From: an uncultured archaeon
Lineage (GTDB): Archaea; Asgardarchaeota; Heimdallarchaeia; Heimdallarchaeales; Kariarchaeaceae
Assembly (NCBI GenBank): GCA_964645535.1
Contig: CAZYCQ010000071.1
Location: 1 to 14,008, forward strand
Direction of reading: 5' to 3'
Length of the DNA: 14,008 bases
Position 1 is the first letter of the stretch; each line of letters opens with the position of its first letter. The translations under genes were made by a program, and so were the position numbers. A model generated the notes under the pieces. That model was not told the origin of the DNA. It saw nothing but the letters and a program-made list of their open reading frames with translations, and did no database searches. Of the stretch, positions 1-7,743 are shown in pieces.

Positions 1-1
1 A

Positions 2-38
2 GTTGCAAAGGCTAGAATGACCCATTAGGGATTGAAAC
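2..38 (+). CRISPR. Single CRISPR-type direct repeat (37 nt), probably the terminal repeat of an array lying upstream of the window
   Basis: GTTGCAAAGGCTAGAATGACCCATTAGGGATTGAAAC: 37 nt, starts GTT, ends in the canonical ATTGAAAC 8-nt handle, with a small CCC-ATTA-GGG hairpin just before the handle, as in Cas6-processed class 1 repeats. Only one intact copy is visible, so an array cannot be confirmed here. Confidence 0.7.
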
Positions 39-158
39 AAATGTGAAGAGAACAAGAAACCAATTATCTGGATGAAATCATCAATGCGTCTGATGGGCTA
101 CCGAATCTATTGAAATTGGATTTGGTAGAGTAATTTTAGAAATCAAACATCATTCAGG

Positions 159-1349
159 TTAATTTTTGTTCCTTTTGTAAACGATCATCACGATTGCGGA
201 TATGGGAAAGATGAGGGCAATTGGGAGCGGATTGGCGTTGCTCTTTTCTTCATGGAAATCGATGATCTCCGTCATCTCGGTAGTATGGCCGAAGGCATCC
301 CTGACCACAAGGCGTACTTCATAGATCTTGGGTTCATCGATACCAAGATCGAAATAGGTGTCCGAGATTGTGGAATTGAAGTTTCCGGAACGGACAAGTG
401 TCCCATTCAGGTAGATCTCATAATCTTGCAGGGCTTCATCTTCTGCATGGACGTTGATGCCTCGGGTACCGTTTTTGGAAAGGTCTATGACTTCAGGAGG
501 GGCGTTGTCGACTCTGTCAAGACCGGAAGTGAGTTTCATTCTACCTGTAAAGGAGAATGAGCTGGACAGGCTCAAAGAGATGTTTTGATCCACGATCAGG
601 CCAGTGGATTTTTCGATGAGTGCGTTTATCCTAGCACCATTGGAATCCATTTCTGTTTCGAAAAATCTCAGTCCGTCCTCTGTTTTTTCCTTTTTTACGG
701 TTCCGAGTTCGGGGATCTCATCACCGACCTCAACATCTTTCGTTTTTGCAAAGAAGAAGCCAGTCTGTCCAATGGGAGGAGGAGTAAAAAACAAACCGAA
801 GCCTGTGAATTCCTCATTGTTTTCAAGAAGGACGATATGGTATTCATCAGCTTCCGAGGAGACAGATGTGATGTTCTTTTCTTCCTTGTCCATGGTCATA
901 TCTATGGAAAAGCTGGGAACTTGGAGATCCCTGATGAAATTTCCATCAGAGTCGACAAGTCTCAGCTTGAAATCGGTGATGTTATGAACCAGGACGCCAT
1001 TCTCTTTCACGATGAAGTTGACCCAATCGAAGGTTTGGATGAGTGTGATCTTCTCCAATCCACGGGGATATGTGGCATTCGGTTCGGACACACTTTCGAC
1101 AATTGCTTGCCATGTGGTTTCCATGGTGAATGTTGATTGGTTTGCGCCTTCAGTAGTGGTGATATTGTAGAAGACCTTGTAGGACAGGGCTCCATCAAGG
1201 AGCGGGAAGTTGGCGGAATAAGTCGGATTGACGGAATTGGTGGGGGTGCTTGCGGTTAGCCCTTTTGGGGTGAGCAAGACCACGAAGAAGATCAGGAAAA
1301 AGGTTCTTCGTTTCATGGAATTGTATGATGAAACAAGAGTTAAAAACAT
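159..1349 (-). CDS. Secreted, C-terminally anchored surface glycoprotein with a beta-rich N-terminal domain and a C-terminal Ig-like domain
   Basis: 396-aa ORF. Signal peptide MKRRTFFLIFFVVLLTPKGLTA (alternative start ATG at 1316; GGTGA precedes the 1349 ATG). Nine N-X-S/T sequons. DNAPPEV...YEVRLVVRDAFGHT Ig-like signature. C-terminal PLPIALIFPISAIVMIVY-KRNKN (TM plus basic tail). Confidence 0.85.
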   Translation of the reverse strand: MFLTLVSSYNSMKRRTFFLIFFVVLLTPKGLTASTPTNSVNPTYSANFPLLDGALSYKVFYNITTTEGANQSTFTMETTWQAIVESVSEPNATYPRGLEKITLIQTFDWVNFIVKENGVLVHNITDFKLRLVDSDGNFIRDLQVPSFSIDMTMDKEEKNITSVSSEADEYHIVLLENNEEFTGFGLFFTPPPIGQTGFFFAKTKDVEVGDEIPELGTVKKEKTEDGLRFFETEMDSNGARINALIEKSTGLIVDQNISLSLSSSFSFTGRMKLTSGLDRVDNAPPEVIDLSKNGTRGINVHAEDEALQDYEIYLNGTLVRSGNFNSTISDTYFDLGIDEPKIYEVRLVVRDAFGHTTEMTEIIDFHEEKSNANPLPIALIFPISAIVMIVYKRNKN

Positions 1350-1625
1350 TTTTCACCACAATGAGGGAAATCGCGTAATGTACTGAAAAATATCGGTTAT
1401 TTTTCTTTTCGGATCTGGATTTGAAGGTCATGATCGACTTCTGAACACGATTTTGGGAGGATTGTTGCATTTTGCTGAGGAACATGGAATTTGAGGGATA
1501 ACGAACGAATGTCGAGGGCAGGTTCAAAAAAAACAGTGCGTCCAATCTCCATAAAGATACAGCTTATTTGGGAAATCGACGTTGATGATGAAATGAGTTT
1601 GATTTATGACTTCAGGATAGGGTAC

Positions 1626-2339
1626 TCAAATTGCCTTTCTTTTTCTTGAAAATATTACAGACGTAATTGCAAAGCCTAGGATAAAAGTGGCTGATGCAGT
1701 TTCACTTTGGGTTTGGGTCCCAGACGCTGATTTCACACTGTATTCCAGATGGGGTGGATTGGAGAAGGCTGTAAGGTATTGATTTTCTTTTGCAGACATG
1801 GTTACCCAACCGTCACTTCCGAATTCCTGAGCCAAAACAATGGTTAAGCTAGTTGCATTTTCGAGGAAATCGGTAATGGAAAAGACGATCTCATCGGTTG
1901 TTTGGGTAACAGTTATCGATTGATAGACAATGGGGTCATTTTCGTCTGCGAAGGCCAGATCCGTTGCGTTAAATGGGTTGTCAATTCCTGTGACCTCAAG
2001 TTCATTCCAAATTACATTTGGGATCACGTTTACGAAAATCTTTCTTGTTGCCGAGTCAAACACTGTAATATCAGCCTTGAATTCAAGTTTGGAAAACGGA
2101 CCTTTGTCTGACAGGTCAAACCTCAATGCGCTTACAGAAATTCCATCGAGTGAATCTCCAATGTAGAGGTTTTCTGCACCACCATAATTGGCATCAGGAT
2201 TGCCTAGAACGCCACCGACTGAGATGTAGGTGTCTTGGTCAGGTCCGATTTCGTTCTTTCCAGGAGACCATGTTGCAGAAACTGGTTTCCCAACTGCAAC
2301 AAGAATCGCGAATGTCATTATTATTAGTTCAATTTTCAT
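1626..2339 (-). CDS. Secreted DNRLRE/CBM96-like (disaggregatase-related) domain protein with C-terminal membrane anchor
   Basis: 237-aa ORF. Signal peptide; DTYIS..PDANYGG.ENLYIG..SALRFDLS..WNELEVT..KE..PPHL motif series typical of DNRLRE domains; S/T/Q linker, hydrophobic segment and RKRK tail. G-rich SD-like stretch upstream of the ATG. Confidence 0.8.
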   Translation of the reverse strand: MKIELIIMTFAILVAVGKPVSATWSPGKNEIGPDQDTYISVGGVLGNPDANYGGAENLYIGDSLDGISVSALRFDLSDKGPFSKLEFKADITVFDSATRKIFVNVIPNVIWNELEVTGIDNPFNATDLAFADENDPIVYQSITVTQTTDEIVFSITDFLENATSLTIVLAQEFGSDGWVTMSAKENQYLTAFSNPPHLEYSVKSASGTQTQSETASATFILGFAITSVIFSRKRKAI

Positions 2340-2430
2340 TGATCACACTTCCCCCCTTTATTGAGAAGAAAACACAATATGTTCTAAACCCTCTCCCCAA
2401 CAAAGGGAATATCATATTCAGCGATTGCAT

Positions 2431-2446
2431 TATAAAAATTTTTTTG
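2431..2446 (-). promoter_or_regulatory. Putative archaeal BRE/TATA promoter for the DNRLRE gene
   Basis: Minus strand reads CAAAAAAA-TTTTTATA about 90 nt upstream of the start codon. Confidence 0.4.
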
Positions 2447-2503
2447 TTACTTGTTTGGTATTTGGAGTGCTCATGAAAAACGATATGGTCTTCTTGGTCA
2501 TCA

Positions 2504-3607
2504 TCAAGCTTTCATGATTGAGAGGTTTGAGAAGGCGCTGTTCTGTGCCGCTATGGATAGGAAGCCAATGTAACCGGAAGTGAAGGTAGTGTCCGTGACC
2601 GACATGATTTCGTTCCCTTCGAATTCAAGAGTAAATGTGCTTCCTTCGACAAGAATGGACCAACTATAGATGTAGGTACCTCTGCTGGATGGAACCATGA
2701 GTCCTGCGGAGGTTGATGCTCCGATGACCGAGGATGTTCCGTTGACGACCTTTCCGAAGACAAACCTGTCGGTATCGCCATAGACATGGGGGATATGGGG
2801 AGAGGTTCCATCACCTGCAACGTTCTTGTTGCTCAAGTGATCTGCGGTATACAGTACCCAATAATAGTTGAAGACATCCTGATATCTGAAGACGAATCCG
2901 ACTGCATCGTCATCACCCCATTCGATGTCGGATGAGAAAAGGAAATTTCCGAGAATGAAGTAATCATTTTCAAGTACATAAAGATGATCGTTGTTGGAAT
3001 CGATAATGATCTTGTTGTTGGAGATGCTGATGCCAGCAGATGCACTGCCATGGTTTGAAACATTGTTGAGTCGATGGAGCTTCCATCCATCACTTGCCAA
3101 GGTGGAGCTTGAGATATTCGGAGAATAGAGGATGGGATTGGCCGAAATGATGGAGGGCACGAATACCTCGAACCTGTTTGAAAACCGATTGACACCGTTA
3201 TCAAATCCTTCAAGTGTCACAATCACTTCGTCGGCTCTTGAGATCATTGAGGTCAGAACCACAGTGACGACATCGACCTGCAATGTCTGTCTTGGATTAA
3301 TTGTATAGTTGCTGAATTTGAGGGACCAGTTTGGATCCTCTGCTCCGTTGATTCCAACGGTGACGTCCCTGATCTCTTCGGGATCTGAGCCGACATTGGT
3401 GACCACGACCCGAAGAAGGTCTCCAAGGTCATTTCCAGATTTGTCTGCTACACCTACATTCTCAATGACCAATTGGAAATTGGAGGAGTTGAGCCACCCT
3501 TAGGTCAGGGACCAGATGATGGCTCCGGCAGCGACGGTCAGGGCTATGATCAGGATGGTCGCGACGACAGGATGGACGGATTTTCTTCGTCGGAAGATTC
3601 TTGGAAT
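2504..3607 (-). pseudogene. Archaeal type IV pilin-like protein (class III signal peptide) fused to a thrombospondin-C/DUF1080-like L-lectin domain, interrupted by an in-frame TAA at 3500-3502
   Basis: The frame of ORF 2504..3472 continues upstream as IPRIFRRRKS-VHPVVATILIIALTVAAGAIIWSLT*GWLNSSNFQLVIENVG, matching the archaeal pilin N-terminus consensus (RRKG/A-VSPVIATILLIAITV). No in-frame ATG/GTG/TTG lies upstream of the pilin helix; ATT at 3605-3607 follows a GGGGG run. The C-terminal part has DDDAVGFVFRYQD..YY and DTTFTSGYIGF. Confidence 0.75.
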
Positions 3608-3818
3608 TTTCCCCCTATAAATTTTGAATATATGGAATTATCGATTACATGGTAAATAAAAATTTCTGGCTTGCATTTTCAAAAAAATCCATATTGACAA
3701 TTTATTCAGCACTGGTGAACTTTAAAATAAGAACCAAGAAGAACGTGCAAATTTAACCGTTGGATGGAAGTTGCTCCAGCAAAAAGCAAACAAGAAAAAT
3801 GGCAGGATTTTGTTTGTC

Positions 3819-4184
3819 CTACCGATAGGCAAAATTTTTCTTGTAATATTCCATTGCCTCTTCCATTGCTTCCTTGATGATGTGTTCGTCTGTTTTTCGT
3901 TTGAGTATCTTTATTAGGTTATCTTGGACATGGTTTGCAATGCGATAAGTTTTCCTTATTCTTTCTTCAGGGGTGTAATGTTCACCATCAGCCATAAAAC
4001 TTTTGTCTTCCTTTTGAAACTTGACAATTGCCTTCCAAATAAAACCCCTCAAGGCAATTTCAGAGATTGGGATTTTTTGGACAAGCAACTTACTGATTGC
4101 ATAGATTTGTTTTTTTTGTTGAGGACTGACAACGAGTTTTGAATATTCATCTTCAATCTCTTTTACTTTTTTCTCTTGAAACAT
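3819..4184 (-). CDS. Hypothetical cytoplasmic alpha-helical protein (~121 aa)
   Basis: Part of ORF 3819..4331. Start moved to ATG 4184 (MFQEKK) because CAGAAAAAA-TTTAATAT (BRE/TATA, 4207-4223) lies about 23 nt upstream, the leaderless spacing. Charged amphipathic helices; no motif recognised. Confidence 0.75.
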   Translation of the reverse strand: MFQEKKVKEIEDEYSKLVVSPQQKKQIYAISKLLVQKIPISEIALRGFIWKAIVKFQKEDKSFMADGEHYTPEERIRKTYRIANHVQDNLIKILKRKTDEHIIKEAMEEAMEYYKKNFAYR

Positions 4185-4635
4185 TAACATATAACAGGCA
4201 GTACAAATATTAAATTTTTTCTGGACTTTGTTTTTTGCAAGACAAAATTTTGATGTAAATTGGGTGGAATATAAAATTAGGATTAAGATAATTTTCAAAT
4301 GCTGAACTGTTCCATTTTTTTCATTTTCCAACGGATTGGATCTCTTCTTAATGAAAACAGTAAATGCAAAAACAGAATTTGAGAATTGGAGTTATTGGAG
4401 GTGATATACGGAGTAGAAGTGGTTGCCTAAGTTGTTTTTTAGAAGGACAAACGGTCACCTCCGAAAAAACTTGTAGGGGCATGCAAAGACCAAACAGGGT
4501 ATCTTCGGATTTACATCAAAGATAACCTTCCAATGATCGCTACAGAAAAAATGCTTAACCGGACTCTTAAATTTAAAGAATAAGAAGGATTGTAAAGTCT
4601 TTTTTTACTTAGACTCGAAAAGTCAAAGAGGAAAA

Positions 4636-5679
4636 TCACACTACGGCCAGTGCATCAACAACGCCATATGAGTCTGCACTTCCCTCAACCAGTGCACGAA
4701 TTTGATCCGCGGAATAATCTGGATGAGCGGCAATTGCCAATGCAACGACACCAGACACATGTGGAGTGGCCATTGATGTGCCGGAGTATACATCATATCC
4801 ACCAGGGACAGTAGATTTGACGTCAACTCCAGGAGCCAATATTGTCTCACCCCTATTGGAGAATGAAGCTATGTTATTGTTGCTGTCAATTGCCCCTACT
4901 TTGATGACACCAGGATAAGCTGCAGGATAGCTTGGGGATGATGCACCGTCATTCCCGGTTGCAGCAACAACAACCACGCCATTGCTGAGGGCATAATTTA
5001 TGGCAGATTCCAGTTCTGGTGAACCTTGGCTTCCACCCAATGACATTGATATGACATCAGCATCATCGGCAGTTCCAGCCACACCATCGGGGCCCTCTGT
5101 TGCCTTTCTAATTGCACCTGCAATTGCAGTGTATGAACCAGAGCCATCAGAAGCCAATGCCTTCAATATATAGAATCCAACGTCAGGGGCAACACCAAGA
5201 ACACCGACATCATTATCTTGTGCAGCAATCGTACCAGCAACATGGGTACCGTGACCTTGGTCATCATTGCAGGGACTTGGATCTGCTTGGGTGCATTCAG
5301 CTTCGGTAATCGGTGCCGGCCAGAACCAAAATCCTGCAGCCCCTTGTGCGTAATAGGAATATCCCCAAAGGAATCTCCCTTGTAAATCCTCATGGTTCAT
5401 GTCCATTCCAGTATCAATAATAGCTACAATGACACCAGATTCATCAACTTGTTGCTGTGCTTGATCCGCATTGATCCTCGAAATCCCCCATGGAATTTCC
5501 TGCCCTTGTGAAGGGGGAGGGGGAGGAGGGCACCCAATTCCGAACAGGTCACACCAAATGTCCGTTGCATGCACTTCCTCCAGTAGGTAGGCATCGTTGT
5601 TTGATGCCGAAGCAAGGAAGACATAACTGGACAGAACCATCATTGCAGCGAGTGCAATCGCCAATGTTGTTCGTTTCAC
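4636..5679 (-). CDS. Secreted S8 subtilisin-like serine protease (Tk-subtilisin/aerolysin-like)
   Basis: Catalytic Asp (IIDTG), His (QGHGTHVAGTI), oxyanion Asn (AATGN) and Ser (SGTSMATPHVSG). QEIPWG mature-domain start. GPDGVAG...ADVISMSLGG loop as in Tk-subtilisin. Signal peptide. GGTGAT SD upstream of the GTG start. Confidence 0.95.
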   Translation of the reverse strand: MKRTTLAIALAAMMVLSSYVFLASASNNDAYLLEEVHATDIWCDLFGIGCPPPPPPSQGQEIPWGISRINADQAQQQVDESGVIVAIIDTGMDMNHEDLQGRFLWGYSYYAQGAAGFWFWPAPITEAECTQADPSPCNDDQGHGTHVAGTIAAQDNDVGVLGVAPDVGFYILKALASDGSGSYTAIAGAIRKATEGPDGVAGTADDADVISMSLGGSQGSPELESAINYALSNGVVVVAATGNDGASSPSYPAAYPGVIKVGAIDSNNNIASFSNRGETILAPGVDVKSTVPGGYDVYSGTSMATPHVSGVVALAIAAHPDYSADQIRALVEGSADSYGVVDALAVV

Positions 5680-5690
5680 GTTTAATCATC

Positions 5691-5867
5691 ACCAAATTTC
5701 GTACTATTTGTTTGTAGTTGCGTGGTAGTTCGTACCACTGAATGCATCTAAAAACAAAATCATTTAAAAATTTTTTGCATAATTGATGTTTTTTTAGGAA
5801 TGAATGTTTATAACCACGGTGTACCGGAGATGAAAATCGTACATCATTTGCACAATAAATTTAAAAA
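5691..5867. promoter_or_regulatory. Divergent promoter region with two BRE/TATA elements and repeated operator-like boxes
   Basis: Minus strand: GCAAAAAA-TTTTTAAA (TATA 5763-5770) for the protease. Plus strand: CAATAAA-TTTAAAAA (TATA 5860-5867) about 23 nt before ATG 5890. TCGTAC occurs at 5699, 5730 and 5837. 17-bp quasi-palindromes at 5722-5738 and 5829-5845. Confidence 0.55.
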
Positions 5868-5889
5868 TAGTCTGAAAAAGATAGCACAC

Positions 5890-6351
5890 ATGAAGAAACT
5901 GTCCATTGGATTACTTCTCACCGCAATCCTGCTTTTCTCCAATGTACCTTTGCGAACTAATGCATTGACACAGCAGGACAGAGTTATGATATTCGTCACG
6001 GACGCATATTATGGAGATGCTGACGGGGATGGATATACGGATGATGTTATAGCGATTGTTGATATAGCCATCGAATCAAACCAATTCATCTATCTGATTC
6101 AATATGAAATATACTTGCAGATGCCAAGTGGTACAGTCTATGGCTATATCTTTTGGATATTTACCATGAATCCAACGATACATATCGTCAACAATTTCTA
6201 TAATCATGCAACAGAGAAAGGGGACTATACAATTCATGCATTTGCAGATTTTGCAGGAACTTTGTATCCAAGCGGATATGATACACACACTTTTGACCCT
6301 CCAGGAGGAGATAATGGGGATCCTCCAACCATAGAGGTAATTGTTAGTTGA
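5890..6351 (+). CDS. Secreted beta-rich protein with a DxDxDG Ca2+-binding-like loop (hypothetical, ~153 aa)
   Basis: Within ORF 5800..6351. The signal peptide begins at ATG 5890 (MKKLSIGLLLTAILLFS..), consistent with TATA spacing. YYGDADGDGYTDD loop; C-terminal FDPPGGDNGDPP; no TM anchor. Confidence 0.8.
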   Translation: MKKLSIGLLLTAILLFSNVPLRTNALTQQDRVMIFVTDAYYGDADGDGYTDDVIAIVDIAIESNQFIYLIQYEIYLQMPSGTVYGYIFWIFTMNPTIHIVNNFYNHATEKGDYTIHAFADFAGTLYPSGYDTHTFDPPGGDNGDPPTIEVIVS

Positions 6352-7454
6352 TGCCTATGGATCTTGATTTGTCGGATCATTTTTTGTTGTTGATGTTAAG
6401 GGAAGACCCTTTCATTTCACCAAACGAACTAGCAGAAGCGATGAATATCTCAGCTAATACGGTTAGAGCCCGGATACAGAGGTTGAAAAAAGTAGGACTC
6501 TTAAGAGGTGATTCCCACATTGATGATGCAGTTTTAGGGAGAAGAACCATTACAGAAGTATTTGCCACTCCAAACTATTCTTCATTGGGACTTAGGAGGA
6601 TTGACGTCCTCTTGATAGGGATAAAGGATAAAAAAGCATTGCAATCAATCTACCATCAATTGGACAATCATCCCTATACTATATATCGGTCATTTGGTTT
6701 TTCTATGGTGCCCATGATCTATACCGTATTCGCAATGCCAGAGGATCCATTTGGCTATCTCAGACAATTTTTGCAGGGAATGAAAGACACAAACCTATTT
6801 CAGGACTATTTGATCTTTCAATTCCCATATCATATATCCACAAAGGAAATGCTGGATTATTGGAACATTCATCTTGGACAATGGGATTACGATATTTCAA
6901 GTTTGGAATTTACAAGCCATAAAATACCGGAGCAAAGGGAAGAATTTCAACAAAAATTCACTTGTCTAGACCTTATGTTGCTGAGAGAACTGACCATCAA
7001 TGCAAAGGTGAAAATCAAGGATTTGAGTAACCATTACAAAAATGATCGGACAACTATATCAAGACATATGAGATATGTCAAGGAAAATTTGGTTCAGGAT
7101 TACGGCATTATTTACGACAGGACAGTATTCAATTTAGGGAATTTCAGAATTTATTGGGGAGAATGGGAACGAAAATCACCCATTGTTTCGCTTATGGAAG
7201 GGCGTTTCCCATTCAATTCAAACATTTCATATGACAGGAAGCATTTCGTTTGGCTTGTGCAAGCGTCGAATCCTATTCTGAATGATCTCTCATTGCTTCT
7301 TTTTAATGAGACCAAACAGCTCAATCAAGCAATAATCTATACTGAAACTGGGTTAAGGTATTATTTCTATCCCAATAATTATGATTGTGAAAACAGGAGA
7401 TGGAAATATGGAGCGGAATATTTGTTGATAGACAAAACAGAAGAAAATAACTGA
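6351..7454 (+). CDS. Lrp/AsnC-like transcriptional regulator with two winged-HTH domains
   Basis: HTH1 LDLSDHFLLLMLREDPFISPNELAEAMNISANTVRARIQRLKKVGLL; HTH2 LDLMLLRELTINAKVKIKDLSNHYKNDRTTISRHMRYVKENLV. TGATG stop/start overlap with the upstream gene indicates translational coupling. Confidence 0.85.
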   Translation: MPMDLDLSDHFLLLMLREDPFISPNELAEAMNISANTVRARIQRLKKVGLLRGDSHIDDAVLGRRTITEVFATPNYSSLGLRRIDVLLIGIKDKKALQSIYHQLDNHPYTIYRSFGFSMVPMIYTVFAMPEDPFGYLRQFLQGMKDTNLFQDYLIFQFPYHISTKEMLDYWNIHLGQWDYDISSLEFTSHKIPEQREEFQQKFTCLDLMLLRELTINAKVKIKDLSNHYKNDRTTISRHMRYVKENLVQDYGIIYDRTVFNLGNFRIYWGEWERKSPIVSLMEGRFPFNSNISYDRKHFVWLVQASNPILNDLSLLLFNETKQLNQAIIYTETGLRYYFYPNNYDCENRRWKYGAEYLLIDKTEENN

Positions 7455-7571
7455 CTGAAAGATTCTTCCCATTTCACTTTCTTTTTGAACTCATTTCTAG
7501 ATTCATCCAGACCTTTATGATATTTTTCGTGATTTCTTCAAAGATAACGAATAGAGTTTCCATCCTTGTGT

Positions 7572-7598
7572 TTTGGCGGCAATTTTTGGCTCGCCAAA
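7572..7598. terminator. Stem-loop between convergent genes (possible terminator)
   Basis: TTTGGCG (7572-7578) pairs with CGCCAAA (7592-7598); located between the convergent stops at 7454 and 7744. Confidence 0.35.
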
Positions 7599-7743
7599 TG
7601 AATGAGATGATTTGATAAGTGGTATGGATTTAAGCCTGAGTATTCCTGAATTAATTTCATCATTGATCTCTTCAAAATTTTTACCTTAACCCAATTCGTA
7701 TGTAAATGATGATATCCTTTCGATAAACCTTTGTAAACAAAGT

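Noticed and set aside
39-133. Possible spacer plus degenerate second repeat ending ATTGAAAT (109-116), or a 28-codon gene tail REQETNYLDEIINASDGLPNLLKLDLVE* (47-133)
   Set aside because: Similarity to the repeat is limited to GGCTA..GAAT and the last bases. The open frame has no start codon and no recognisable motif. Neither reading is supportable.
252-1545. Overlapping ORFs 252..560, 585..1136, 604..987, 1007..1198, 1195..1545, and similar antisense or off-frame ORFs over the other long genes
   Set aside because: They are shadows of well-supported genes, with no motifs, signals or initiation sites of their own.
3500-3502. TAA reassignment (alternative genetic code) to explain the in-frame stop
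   Set aside because: TAA ends other genes at natural C-termini (159-161, 7744-7746, 13237-13239), so it works as a stop codon here.
4185-4331. N-terminal extension of ORF 3819..4331 (and likewise 5800..5889 of ORF 5800..6351)
   Set aside because: These stretches contain the BRE/TATA elements and read as translated AT-rich intergenic DNA. The downstream ATGs fit leaderless spacing.
6351-7454. Siroheme decarboxylase (AhbA/B, NirDL-like), which also has tandem Lrp-like folds
   Set aside because: No recognisable HxYxR-type catalytic motifs and no heme-biosynthesis neighbours. A regulator is the simpler call.
7474-7563. 29-codon minus-strand ORF METLFVIFEEITKNIIKVWMNLEMSSKRK
   Set aside because: Too short, with no clear promoter or homology cue.
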